Virus record (IMG/VR): IMGVR_UViG_3300038988_000339
Span: 1 to 38,241 of that record
Direction: 5' to 3' (one strand)
Length of the DNA: 38,241 nucleotides
Source of the DNA: a virus
Lineage: Duplodnaviria; Caudoviricetes
In this document: positions 17,501-26,300 of the stretch, piece after piece
Position numbering within the stretch: the first letter of the stretch is position 1
Layout of the letters: each line of letters starts with the position of its first letter
The notes under the pieces: generated by a model
Databases searched by the model: none
What the model was told of the DNA's origin: nothing
Seen by the model: only the letters and a program-made list of their open reading frames with translations
Position numbers and translations under genes: made by a program

Positions 17501-20500
17501 TTTCTTGGTACAAAAGTTATATAATTACCTCTTAATAAAGCCCTTTGTTCATTACCATTATGATCATAAGGAACAGTTCTCCAAGCTTGTCTTACATCAA
17601 AAGTATTATAGTAGTTCTTAAGAAATTCCCAAGGGGATTCTTCAAATATATGTTTTTGACTATACTCTGAGCCTTCTATTTCTTTAGATTGTTTAAATAT
17701 TTCAAAGTCTTCAAGTTTTTCTTCTATTTCTTCTATCAAAATATCATAATACTTACCTAAAGCTTTTTTTAATAAATTTTCATATTCAAGCATCTCAGAT
17801 TCTGAGAATGTAAAATACTCAGAATATCTGTCACCATAGATATTTTTAAAATGAAGAAGTTTTCTAAAATCAATAACTTCTGTATTTACTTTTAACCAAC
17901 TTATTTTACCTCTGTATAATTTTAGTTTATCCTCTTTTTTAGCATAGTTGAAATCATCATTAAGTTCTTGAAATTTTTCAAGTTCATCAAAGTATTCAGA
18001 ACTAAAAACATGGATTAATTTACCTGTTTCAACACCATGTGCATCTTTTTCAAAGAAAATATCAAAAGATAAATTCTTATCTTTAAATTCTTGAGTTAGT
18101 TGACTATCAAGGTTTTTTAAATCTTCACAATACTTGAAAACTATTTCTTGAACTTTTTGAAGATTATATTTTAAACTTATATCAGCTACAAGAATACCTA
18201 TACTATCGTCATTTGAATTTGAACCTAAAAATTTTTCTTGAAATTCATTTATATCATCTACATCTTCTGTCAGTTGTTTTAAAGATTCTTCGAAATTCTT
18301 AAGTTCTTCTTCATTAAGATTATAAGTTTTTGCAAAATACAAAGGATTTTCTTTAAGAAGATTAAGAGTTATTTGAGCATAACTTTTCTTATAATTTGTT
18401 TTTAATTCTATAAGTTTATTTATTATGATATTATAATTATCAAATTTTTCTCCGTCTATAACTACATTGTTTTGAAAATCATTGTTTTTTAAACTTTCAT
18501 TTAAAAACATATTTAAAAGTTTTTCTATCCTATCATCTACTTCAAAATCTGAAAAATCATGAGGAGACATAGTTTGTATAACACTATTTAATTCATCTAT
18601 TTCATCAATAAATACTTTAAATACAACTTCTGAGTCTTTTATATCTACTTTTTCTATCTCATTTTTTAGATTAGAAAGTACTCTATTAAATTCTATTATT
18701 TTACTCTTATATTCTGTAGTTCCTTTAATATTTATGTGATTAATTTTATATTCTTCAAGTTTCTTTTGAAGAGCTATTTTTAAATCTTTTTTGAATGCTA
18801 AATAAGATAATATATTTTCATCGTTATTTGTAGGTTCTCTTAGTGAAGATTGGAATTTACTTGAAACTCTCCCTACTCCTCCTTTAATATCGTTTTCTAC
18901 TTCTGAAATATCTCTTATTCCATTTTTATCTCCAACAAATTTCTCAGCAAGAAATACAGTATATATAGAACCATTTCTACTTTGGTCTATCTTTCTAATA
19001 GCCATTGAATATTTTTTAGTAGGATCAGCATTGTATTTCTTTACTTTTTCTTTAACTTTATCGAGTTTTTCCTGTGTACTTATTCTCTCTGTTTTACCAT
19101 TAATTAATAAACCTTCTTTTCTATACAATTCTTTTGTATTATCATTTATAGGAATTATTATAGGATTATCTTTAGTAGATACTCTTTGAGAACTTTGTGG
19201 TACATTTGAACTTATCTTTTTATTTTCATTACTAAATGGTAAATCATCGAGAGATAAAGTTTTGTTAGCTTCTGTATAATACTTAGCTTCCTCAAGTATA
19301 TTTGTAGCTACTTCAAAAGCTTGTTTATAAAGTGAATCACCTTTTTCAATTTTCAATAAACCTAAAAGATAATCAAATACTTGTTCAAAAAAATTATGAT
19401 ATTTTATACCTCTTATCTTTTTACCTTCAACTGTAGTATAATCAAAAGCAGGAATTTGAGATAAAGCCTTTATAAAATTAGCATTTGTAAATAAAGCAAC
19501 GAAAAATTCATCTTCTGTAAAAGTTGCATATTCACCTTCATTAGTTTCTGGATTATATTTAGAGAAAAATCTTTTACTGTAATTATATAAAACTTTAAAA
19601 TCACTTGAAACTCTACTATGAGTATATATAGTATCATGAGAAAAAGCATGAAGTATTTCATGTAAAATAGTAGCTTCTGACATACCTTTAATAAAATAAG
19701 CTTTTTCGGCTATCCTTATTTTTCTATTTACAGAATTATATTCAGCTATTCCTGTAACACCAGAAATTTCATTTTTCCCTAAATTTTCAGCATCAACAAG
19801 TTCAATTTCTATATCATTAATTTCACTATATTCTAATAACTTTTGAGCTAACTTATTTAAAGGATGTTCTGATTCACTAATATCTTTAAGTATTTTAGAT
19901 ACAGTAGTAGTATTACTTTCTTTAAAATATTTTTCTTTTATCTGAGTATCTTGTTTTAAAATATTATTATTATTATTACTATTTTGTTCAACTTTACTAT
20001 ATTGTATTTCGCTATTGTCAACCATATTAGGATTAATAGGAACTACTTTACTTGTAATTAAACTTCTTGGATATTTTTTAGCTACTTCTTTAAGTTTAGC
20101 TATTTTAGTGTTTACAAGAGCTTGAGAAGTGTATTCTTTTTCAGATTTAATAGGTTTTTTATAACTGCTTAAAGCCTCTGTTTTAAATTCATTAGATAAT
20201 ATCCAAAATTTAACTCCATGTTTATTTTCTGCCTCCCCTACTATATAATTTTTTATAGTATCATAATCTTCATCTATTTGCCACATACCAATAGCTTGCT
20301 CTCCTTTTGTTATTTCCTTAGAAAGAGCCATTACATGTATTTTTTTATCTAATTTACCTTGTAAATCTGTATATGCCGAATAATATTCATCAACAATACC
20401 TTCTTTAGCTTGTTCATATCTTTTTAAATTTAAATCATAGTTAGAATCATCTACGTAAACTCTATCTTTAACATCTTCAATACTTTCTTTTAAAGTTTCA

Positions 20501-23367
20501 TTAGTTTGAGTTGGTTGAATACCAACTGGTTTGGTAATAGGTTTAACAGAATAATCAGCAGGTTCTCCTAAATCTTTTAATTGTTTATTACTTTCATCTA
20601 CTTTAGCTTGAGCTTCTTCTTTTGTATCAAACCAATCTAATATGTCATTAGCTCCTTTACTAAACAGTCCATACTTTACTACTTTCTCACCTTGTTTCTT
20701 AATATCAGGTTTAACTAACTTACCATATTTTTGGTCAAGTATAGAATTAATACTATCAATAATTTTTTTAGTAGTATAAGGTATATCTTTATCATATTCT
20801 AATCTAAAATTACTACCTGTAAGAGATATACCTAATTCATTATGATGATATGCTAAGTTATCTATAATAGAAGCAAGATTAGGTTGTACTGCATTTACAT
20901 TTTGTAATGAAGGATATTTAGTATAACTAACCCCAAGTAACTCAGACTCTTTATCTTTACTTACTTTTTCAGAAGCATCCCATACACTGCCGCTAAACAC
21001 ATCTGTATTAGCAGCCCATTTAATATCATTAGATTGAGGGTAAATTTTAAATTTAATTTTACCACCACCACCTTCTAAATGGGGGATTAATCTATTAATA
21101 GGTTTAGTAAATGCAGATATAGTAAATTCTCCACCAGCTTTTTGATTATCCTCTATATGTTGCAATAAGTTCTGCATTATAAGATTTACATCAAAGTCGC
21201 TATAAGCACCTACAACAGATACAAATTCTTGACCTCTACTATAAACTTCTTCTGGATTATATTGAATGTTATTTACTTTCTTCCATTCTTCTATAATTTC
21301 TTTGGATTGTTCATATTCTTTGTTTTTTTCTATGAAATCATTAATTGCTTTTTCTTTTTTATATCGTTCAATGCTTTTATCTAAAGCAGCATTATCAGCT
21401 TCTTCTTTAGTGTTATAGAAGTTTTGATTTTCTGTAGTATCGGGATAAACTCCATAATCAGATTTTTCTACTACAATAAATTTACCAGCATATTTATCTC
21501 TTAGTTCTTGAATTTTATTGTTATATTCATCATTATATTTAGCATCTTTCATAAAAGCTATTTCAGCTTCACTGGATGTGTAGTAGTTTTTAAAATCAGA
21601 AGGTAAATTATTTTTATCAATTTTTATATCATTAATAGAAACACTACTCAAATCAACCTCTACATTAGCATCAGCTAACCCTCTAATCTCATTATTAACT
21701 TCTTCTAATGTATCATATTTATTTCCTAATGGTGTTGAATACTCTACTTTATAACCAGGTAATATAATCTTATTATCACCATAAGCCATAATTTCAGCTA
21801 AATCACTGAGAGTAGTTGTAATAGGTAATTCATCTATTCTTATTTCATCTTGTCTTAAAAGAGATTTAACAAAATCAGATATTTGTTTCCAAAGTTCTTT
21901 AAGTTTAGAAATAAGAGTGGCATCTTTAATTTTATCAAGTTTATCAGCAGCCATCATACCTAATAAAGTTACAAGAGCTTCTTCTTGTTGTTCTTCTAAA
22001 GTATATATTGTTTCTTTGTAATTTAAACTATCTTTTAAATAATAATCATATAAATATTTTTCAGTTTTAACTCTATTTTCTAATAGAAAGTTTGAATTAT
22101 TAATATTATAATTTGGCAATTTTGTATCTACTTTATAATATATATCATCTTCTATATAATAAAGTTCTTGAAATTTAGTATAAAATGCTTTTTTATCACT
22201 GTCTATATATATTTCTTCTGGGTACAATGATTGAGTTATTTTTTTTGTATAATCCCTCTTAATCCTATCTAATACTTCTTTACCTCTACCTGTTTCAAGT
22301 TCTTTTATAAGAGTCCTATACAATTCAGGTTTAGATTCTTTTATTACTCTAATAATAGGGTGTGCTAATACTTCATGTAATGGTGTATCAGGAGTCATAT
22401 ATGCTTCATTAAGCACAGATTTCATACCTTGATTATATCCTTTATAATCTACATCAGTTCTATATTCAAATTCAACTTCACCCCCTATTCTATGAGCAAG
22501 TTTATGTGCTAAATCTTTTAAAGCTGTAATAGACCTATGTTCTTTAGTAATTTGTTCTATAGTTTTAGCTTTTTCTTCTGCTGTAAGTTTTTGAAATTGT
22601 TTACCTTTAATAAAATTTTTAAATCCTTCTATTGTAGGATTGGTTGTAGTATCAAGATATTGAGAATATAGTTGTTGAGCTTGTTGTTTTTGTTGTGTGG
22701 TTATTTGAGTTTCTACATCACCTACAACTTGTTCAATTTTGTACTGTCCTTTTGGAATAACAATTTTATCCCCAATAACTTTAACTTCTCCAGCTTCTTT
22801 TACTATCTCATTAGAAATATTTTTAGGTATTTGTATAAGATAATATCCATTTTCATCTAATCTGTCTAACTCTCTTTCTAAATCAACACCTACATTTTCT
22901 TCACTAGCAAGATTTTTAGAAACATCAAGTTGTCCATTACCATATTCAATAGCAGATTGTAAATCATCTGTCATTGATACACCTTTACTTTTTAATCCTG
23001 CTTTTTTGTAAAGCTCATCTTCTTTTGCATGTAATACAAGATTTCCATTTTTATCAATAGTGGGTTTTTCTATTTGCCCTCTATAATAACTCTTATTGTC
23101 TTGAATTATACTTGTTCCGTACCCTAAAACTTCATACACAGCATTAGCTAATTCAGGATTAGATTCAAATAGTTCTGATACTCCTTCCTTTATGTCTGCT
23201 ATAGGTGTTTCTTGTCCTATTCCTAACTCTTCTAATGTAGGGAATTTATCAGTATTATTCTTTTCTTGCCAAACACCAACCTTTGATTTTAGAATCAAAG
23301 GATTGATATTTGACTGTCTTACAAGTTCTTTGAACTCTGGATGCGAGATATTAATACATCTATCCAT
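14554..23367 (-). CDS. Giant virion cargo/ejection protein (2937 aa), polyvalent: ART-like domain, two zincin-like domains, helical body with hydrophobic segments
   Basis: Starts 1 nt after the RNAP stop. YRG...GVSMT...A..YG...E at aa 95-194; HEVLAH (22360-22377); HEILH (19648-19662); hydrophobic ALLGIGTTATLLATFGPSLTLALGAGGFLVLPFVL. Confidence 0.8.
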   Translation of the reverse strand: MDRCINISHPEFKELVRQSNINPLILKSKVGVWQEKNNTDKFPTLEELGIGQETPIADIKEGVSELFESNPELANAVYEVLGYGTSIIQDNKSYYRGQIEKPTIDKNGNLVLHAKEDELYKKAGLKSKGVSMTDDLQSAIEYGNGQLDVSKNLASEENVGVDLERELDRLDENGYYLIQIPKNISNEIVKEAGEVKVIGDKIVIPKGQYKIEQVVGDVETQITTQQKQQAQQLYSQYLDTTTNPTIEGFKNFIKGKQFQKLTAEEKAKTIEQITKEHRSITALKDLAHKLAHRIGGEVEFEYRTDVDYKGYNQGMKSVLNEAYMTPDTPLHEVLAHPIIRVIKESKPELYRTLIKELETGRGKEVLDRIKRDYTKKITQSLYPEEIYIDSDKKAFYTKFQELYYIEDDIYYKVDTKLPNYNINNSNFLLENRVKTEKYLYDYYLKDSLNYKETIYTLEEQQEEALVTLLGMMAADKLDKIKDATLISKLKELWKQISDFVKSLLRQDEIRIDELPITTTLSDLAEIMAYGDNKIILPGYKVEYSTPLGNKYDTLEEVNNEIRGLADANVEVDLSSVSINDIKIDKNNLPSDFKNYYTSSEAEIAFMKDAKYNDEYNNKIQELRDKYAGKFIVVEKSDYGVYPDTTENQNFYNTKEEADNAALDKSIERYKKEKAINDFIEKNKEYEQSKEIIEEWKKVNNIQYNPEEVYSRGQEFVSVVGAYSDFDVNLIMQNLLQHIEDNQKAGGEFTISAFTKPINRLIPHLEGGGGKIKFKIYPQSNDIKWAANTDVFSGSVWDASEKVSKDKESELLGVSYTKYPSLQNVNAVQPNLASIIDNLAYHHNELGISLTGSNFRLEYDKDIPYTTKKIIDSINSILDQKYGKLVKPDIKKQGEKVVKYGLFSKGANDILDWFDTKEEAQAKVDESNKQLKDLGEPADYSVKPITKPVGIQPTQTNETLKESIEDVKDRVYVDDSNYDLNLKRYEQAKEGIVDEYYSAYTDLQGKLDKKIHVMALSKEITKGEQAIGMWQIDEDYDTIKNYIVGEAENKHGVKFWILSNEFKTEALSSYKKPIKSEKEYTSQALVNTKIAKLKEVAKKYPRSLITSKVVPINPNMVDNSEIQYSKVEQNSNNNNNILKQDTQIKEKYFKESNTTTVSKILKDISESEHPLNKLAQKLLEYSEINDIEIELVDAENLGKNEISGVTGIAEYNSVNRKIRIAEKAYFIKGMSEATILHEILHAFSHDTIYTHSRVSSDFKVLYNYSKRFFSKYNPETNEGEYATFTEDEFFVALFTNANFIKALSQIPAFDYTTVEGKKIRGIKYHNFFEQVFDYLLGLLKIEKGDSLYKQAFEVATNILEEAKYYTEANKTLSLDDLPFSNENKKISSNVPQSSQRVSTKDNPIIIPINDNTKELYRKEGLLINGKTERISTQEKLDKVKEKVKKYNADPTKKYSMAIRKIDQSRNGSIYTVFLAEKFVGDKNGIRDISEVENDIKGGVGRVSSKFQSSLREPTNNDENILSYLAFKKDLKIALQKKLEEYKINHINIKGTTEYKSKIIEFNRVLSNLKNEIEKVDIKDSEVVFKVFIDEIDELNSVIQTMSPHDFSDFEVDDRIEKLLNMFLNESLKNNDFQNNVVIDGEKFDNYNIIINKLIELKTNYKKSYAQITLNLLKENPLYFAKTYNLNEEELKNFEESLKQLTEDVDDINEFQEKFLGSNSNDDSIGILVADISLKYNLQKVQEIVFKYCEDLKNLDSQLTQEFKDKNLSFDIFFEKDAHGVETGKLIHVFSSEYFDELEKFQELNDDFNYAKKEDKLKLYRGKISWLKVNTEVIDFRKLLHFKNIYGDRYSEYFTFSESEMLEYENLLKKALGKYYDILIEEIEEKLEDFEIFKQSKEIEGSEYSQKHIFEESPWEFLKNYYNTFDVRQAWRTVPYDHNGNEQRALLRGNYITFVPRKSVKEGRYYNKNFDAIQESDNMFKYWNILRILHNKHIDPVLTSQGYDVHNITYAKFLKDGAEILADTKDKKWMSRIWNSMLKKFKDIWIDTRTVKDSNRQDEVVKNYSDNTKAMIKRFKSLIALQSDDELIKMLDERQIVLDKSKKLSKSEIAEIIARHDVLSMYSKDLTKITLAIADLATLHRARLETAASIEVVKRYNATIKDKNGKDRVKSQKKLDSWVNNNIYNNRESEALSKEDLNTITNFGKIFNDTDKKLIDIVRNVRDNEGNKSFVLDGIRYVNVDNIYKTIDEDGNQSTITKEVFESSLTEYLSNILNQRGTPITGHSIITGILKILIIQGLGWNFKSGVRNRVEGSLTNIIRDSQGDMWETGTINYARAFMSGINITRLSEGRLTISGKERVLQQKTFIELFQNLGIYEDRKNELDRKNTVSKFGKFTRNINMFTVSVDMPEFKNQGEIVFCMLANLKVKDKYGNEYSFFNRETMEFTLFEPGTTIIKDDFRTPENLGWETFQLNKETTNQFYVYKNRIDEIIKQTQGNYSNLDSIMFQDSLYGKAIMLFMRWFPEHLNQRFGKRKFNIVQENSSYTGRYRAMYNNPALLGIGTTATLLATFGPSLTLALGAGGFLVLPFVLKMLFAKSLKVNKQIVLQKYTLASTVAMLQEVLIQSLNLPLKVTRFKKANISLFKKFSVDNLVNETSDFSKEEIRAIKGMCMEIAIMLDGILLYIALKALGQALGAGDDDDEDKEKRKHSKDWDKLAITYFFNYVSNTGKQLIDSFLSYANPLTIFNQNSKISLIRLGDKLIKLLDYIEKYNKGEERGGIKMADEIMTFQPFLPIPNSIKDAFLRDADKIGEGQYPFFDKKIYRDDIWMEKLFLSEEKKAKKILDAKRGVLKEDLQIKIEDQLRKYNDENLTEYEIEEKAEEIVKEIVKETYKNGNRKSKKSSRRSRGRKGTKNKTNNETYEEALERFENNEDNIRDKYGL
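22671..22708 (-). repeat. Downstream cassette-flank repeat, copy in the 2937-aa gene (QITTQQKQQAQQ)
   Basis: 32/38 nt identical to 23623-23660 by manual ungapped alignment. Confidence 0.85.
23121..23171 (-). repeat. Upstream cassette-flank repeat, copy in the 2937-aa gene (FESNPELANAVYEVLG)
   Basis: 43/51 nt identical to 24079-24129 by manual ungapped alignment. Confidence 0.88.
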
Positions 23368-23368
23368 A

Positions 23369-26300
23369 TTATAAACATTTTTTAAAGTTTTCCTGTTCTT
23401 CTTTTGTCATTGAATTAAACTCTGACAAAGTTAATTGAAATCCTTGAGTTTCTATTATACCTTGAGAAAATAATATTTCAAAAGAAGGTTTACCAACAGG
23501 ATTATCTAACTTTTTACCTTGATAATAAACACCATCTACTTTAACTTCATATTCTGTATTACCTACTTTACCTATTTTTATATCAGCTTTTTTAGCTTCT
23601 GTCATTTTGCTATCTTCCGCAGGTTGTTGAGCAGTTGCTTTTTGTTGTGGGGTTATTTGATTGCTAGTTATTATTTCAAATTCAATAGCTGCTGCACCAT
23701 CTTTATATCTTTTTATTGCTTCAACTCCTTCAGCAGTCCACCCCTCTTTTTCCCAAGTATTTAAAAATTCAGGACTTCCTTTAGGATGAATTGCTGTTAT
23801 TCTTGTTAAGATTTGTTTAGTAGTTCCATCAGCAGATTTACCGAACTGTTTTACAATATCTCCAACCTTAATATTATATTTTTGCATTTCTCCTACACTT
23901 CTGGTAGTTCTTGTTCTTATACCAGCTTCTATCATATCAATAGAATGTGGATTATTACCAAGTAATTCTTTAGCTTTGCTGTTAGCCTCTTGTTTTGTAC
24001 CAAAAGATTCTACACCACTTACCAAATTTTGAGGTATATTTGCTTTAGGTGTAATATTGGCAACACTTTCTTTACCAAACCCTAAAGCTTCATAAACCTC
24101 ATTAGCCAATTCAGGATTTTGTTCAAATATATCATTAAAATCTTCTCTATGTAAATCTTTTAAAAAATCTCTTTTTGATTGTTCTTCTTGACTTAGAGGT
24201 ACAAATTTTATATCCTCATTTTCATTATTAATAACCTTATATTCCTTATCCAATATCTTCACTATAGTACCAGTTTTTATATTCTTTTCTTCTACTTCAA
24301 GAGCCATATCTTGCATAGCTTTTTCCAATTTTACATTTTCTTCTTTTGCTTCAATATTTAATAATTCTTGAGCTTCTTCTATTGTATTATGTACTGTTCC
24401 AGATTCTTTTATTATATCTTTTTTATTTAGCATATTAAACAAATTATCTATTACATGCTCTGTAATAGAGTTATCAACAGTATTCTTTGTAAGAGCATTT
24501 ATAATTCTTTTTACTATATCTTTGAAATGTTGTAAAATAGATTTACCTGTACCTCTATATTCAGTTTTATTCATTATTTCTCTAAATTCTGGTGATACAA
24601 AGATACCTGCAATAAATTCATCTATTGAAAATAGTCTATAAGCAGCATCTTGTTCATCTGAAGTATGAGTTATAGAAGTATTAGTTTTTTTACCTTCTAA
24701 AATATTTCTGAAATAATCATTAAGTTCTTTTAATTTCTTAATACCCTCTTCTTTATTTTTAAGATTATCAACATAAGCTTTTACACCTTCTTTATATAAA
24801 CCTATAAATTTATCTATATAATAAGGTCTTTGTAATCCTTGTTTCTCAGGTTTAATAGTTATCTTTACATCCACCTTACCATTTTCAAAAGTTATCCCAG
24901 AGAAATTTATCCATTCACCTAATACATTACTTGTAATACTATGAATATATTCTTCTAAAAATACTTTTTCAAATTGTTCAGTATTCATTTTAAAATAAAT
25001 ATCTGCATCAATATAGATAATATTTTTCTCTTTTAAAAAGATTCCTTCAAGACCTTTATTAGCATTAAGACCTTTAATAGGTATAACCTTAATATTATTA
25101 TCAAATTCCTTTAACTCCTGAAGTAATACTTTAAGTTCGCTATTGTTACTATTTGATAATAAGTGTTTTATAATATCTGATGTTGTTTTTTCTTTAACTT
25201 CTGGAGTTACTTTAGGTTTACTTTTATCTAATTTACTATCATCAAAATTGTTTTTATCATATATTGATTTATCTACATGTTTTGAAGATTGATATTCATT
25301 CATACCAAAAGAACCTAATAAAGGTATTCTTATAAAAGTTAAATTACCTATATTTTTAAATAACATAAAAGAACCATCAGTATTTTTTATAGCTAAAAAA
25401 TCTTTGTTGTAATTTTCATCTTTTATTATAAATTTTGTAATTTCCTTTATATTATTACTATCAGCTACATTTATAATTTTATTTTTATCTTTTAAAGGTA
25501 TTTTTAATGCTTTATCTGGATTATGTTGATAAAATTGTTCAATAAAGATACTGTTATTTTCAGCATACATATCAGTTTTTACTCTTATACCATTAGATTC
25601 TCTTATTAGTATATCATCATTCATGCTATTATTAAACATTTTAATATAATAATCTAATAATCTCAATTCATTTTCTGTAAAAGAACCTTTTCTATTAGGT
25701 ATAAAATTAGTCTCATTATCATAAGTAGTTTTAAGAAGACTTGTTATAGCTCTAAAGTAACCATTAAATATCATTTGATAATGATTATTTTTTACTGTAG
25801 CAATCTTCTTAAGATTATCTAATACACCAAATTCTTTTAATGCAGATACAGGTAAATAATTTCTGAACCCAATAGCACCTCTTTCTTGATTTGCTAATAA
25901 ACTATACTTTACTAAATCTTTTAATAAGTCATGTACAGTATAATTTTCATTTCCATTATAAGAGGGTAATTTTTGATTTGAATGAAGCATACTTTCAAGT
26001 ATTATGTAAGCATCATTTTTATTTATATTTGAATTTGAATTTGTACTATACTTTATGTAAGATGGTGTAGTAGAATCATTATTAATTATAAGTTCAAGAT
26101 GTTTAAAAAATGGTTGTTCCATTAAATTTCTCTCAAAAGAACCTTCTTTTGAATTTCTTAATCTTTCTAAATAGTGAGCTAAAGATTCATTACCTGTTGT
26201 TTCATCGTCAATAGTAAGTGATTTTCTTTCTTCCACAATTGGTTTTGTAAAAAGTTTATCATTTTCAATAGAATAAAGAAAATCTTTCATATTTTCAAGA

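Noticed and set aside
22671-24129. Diversity-generating retroelement (TR/VR pair) or invertible shufflon
   Set aside because: Repeats are short, direct and both coding; mismatches are not adenine-specific; no reverse transcriptase or site-specific recombinase in the window.
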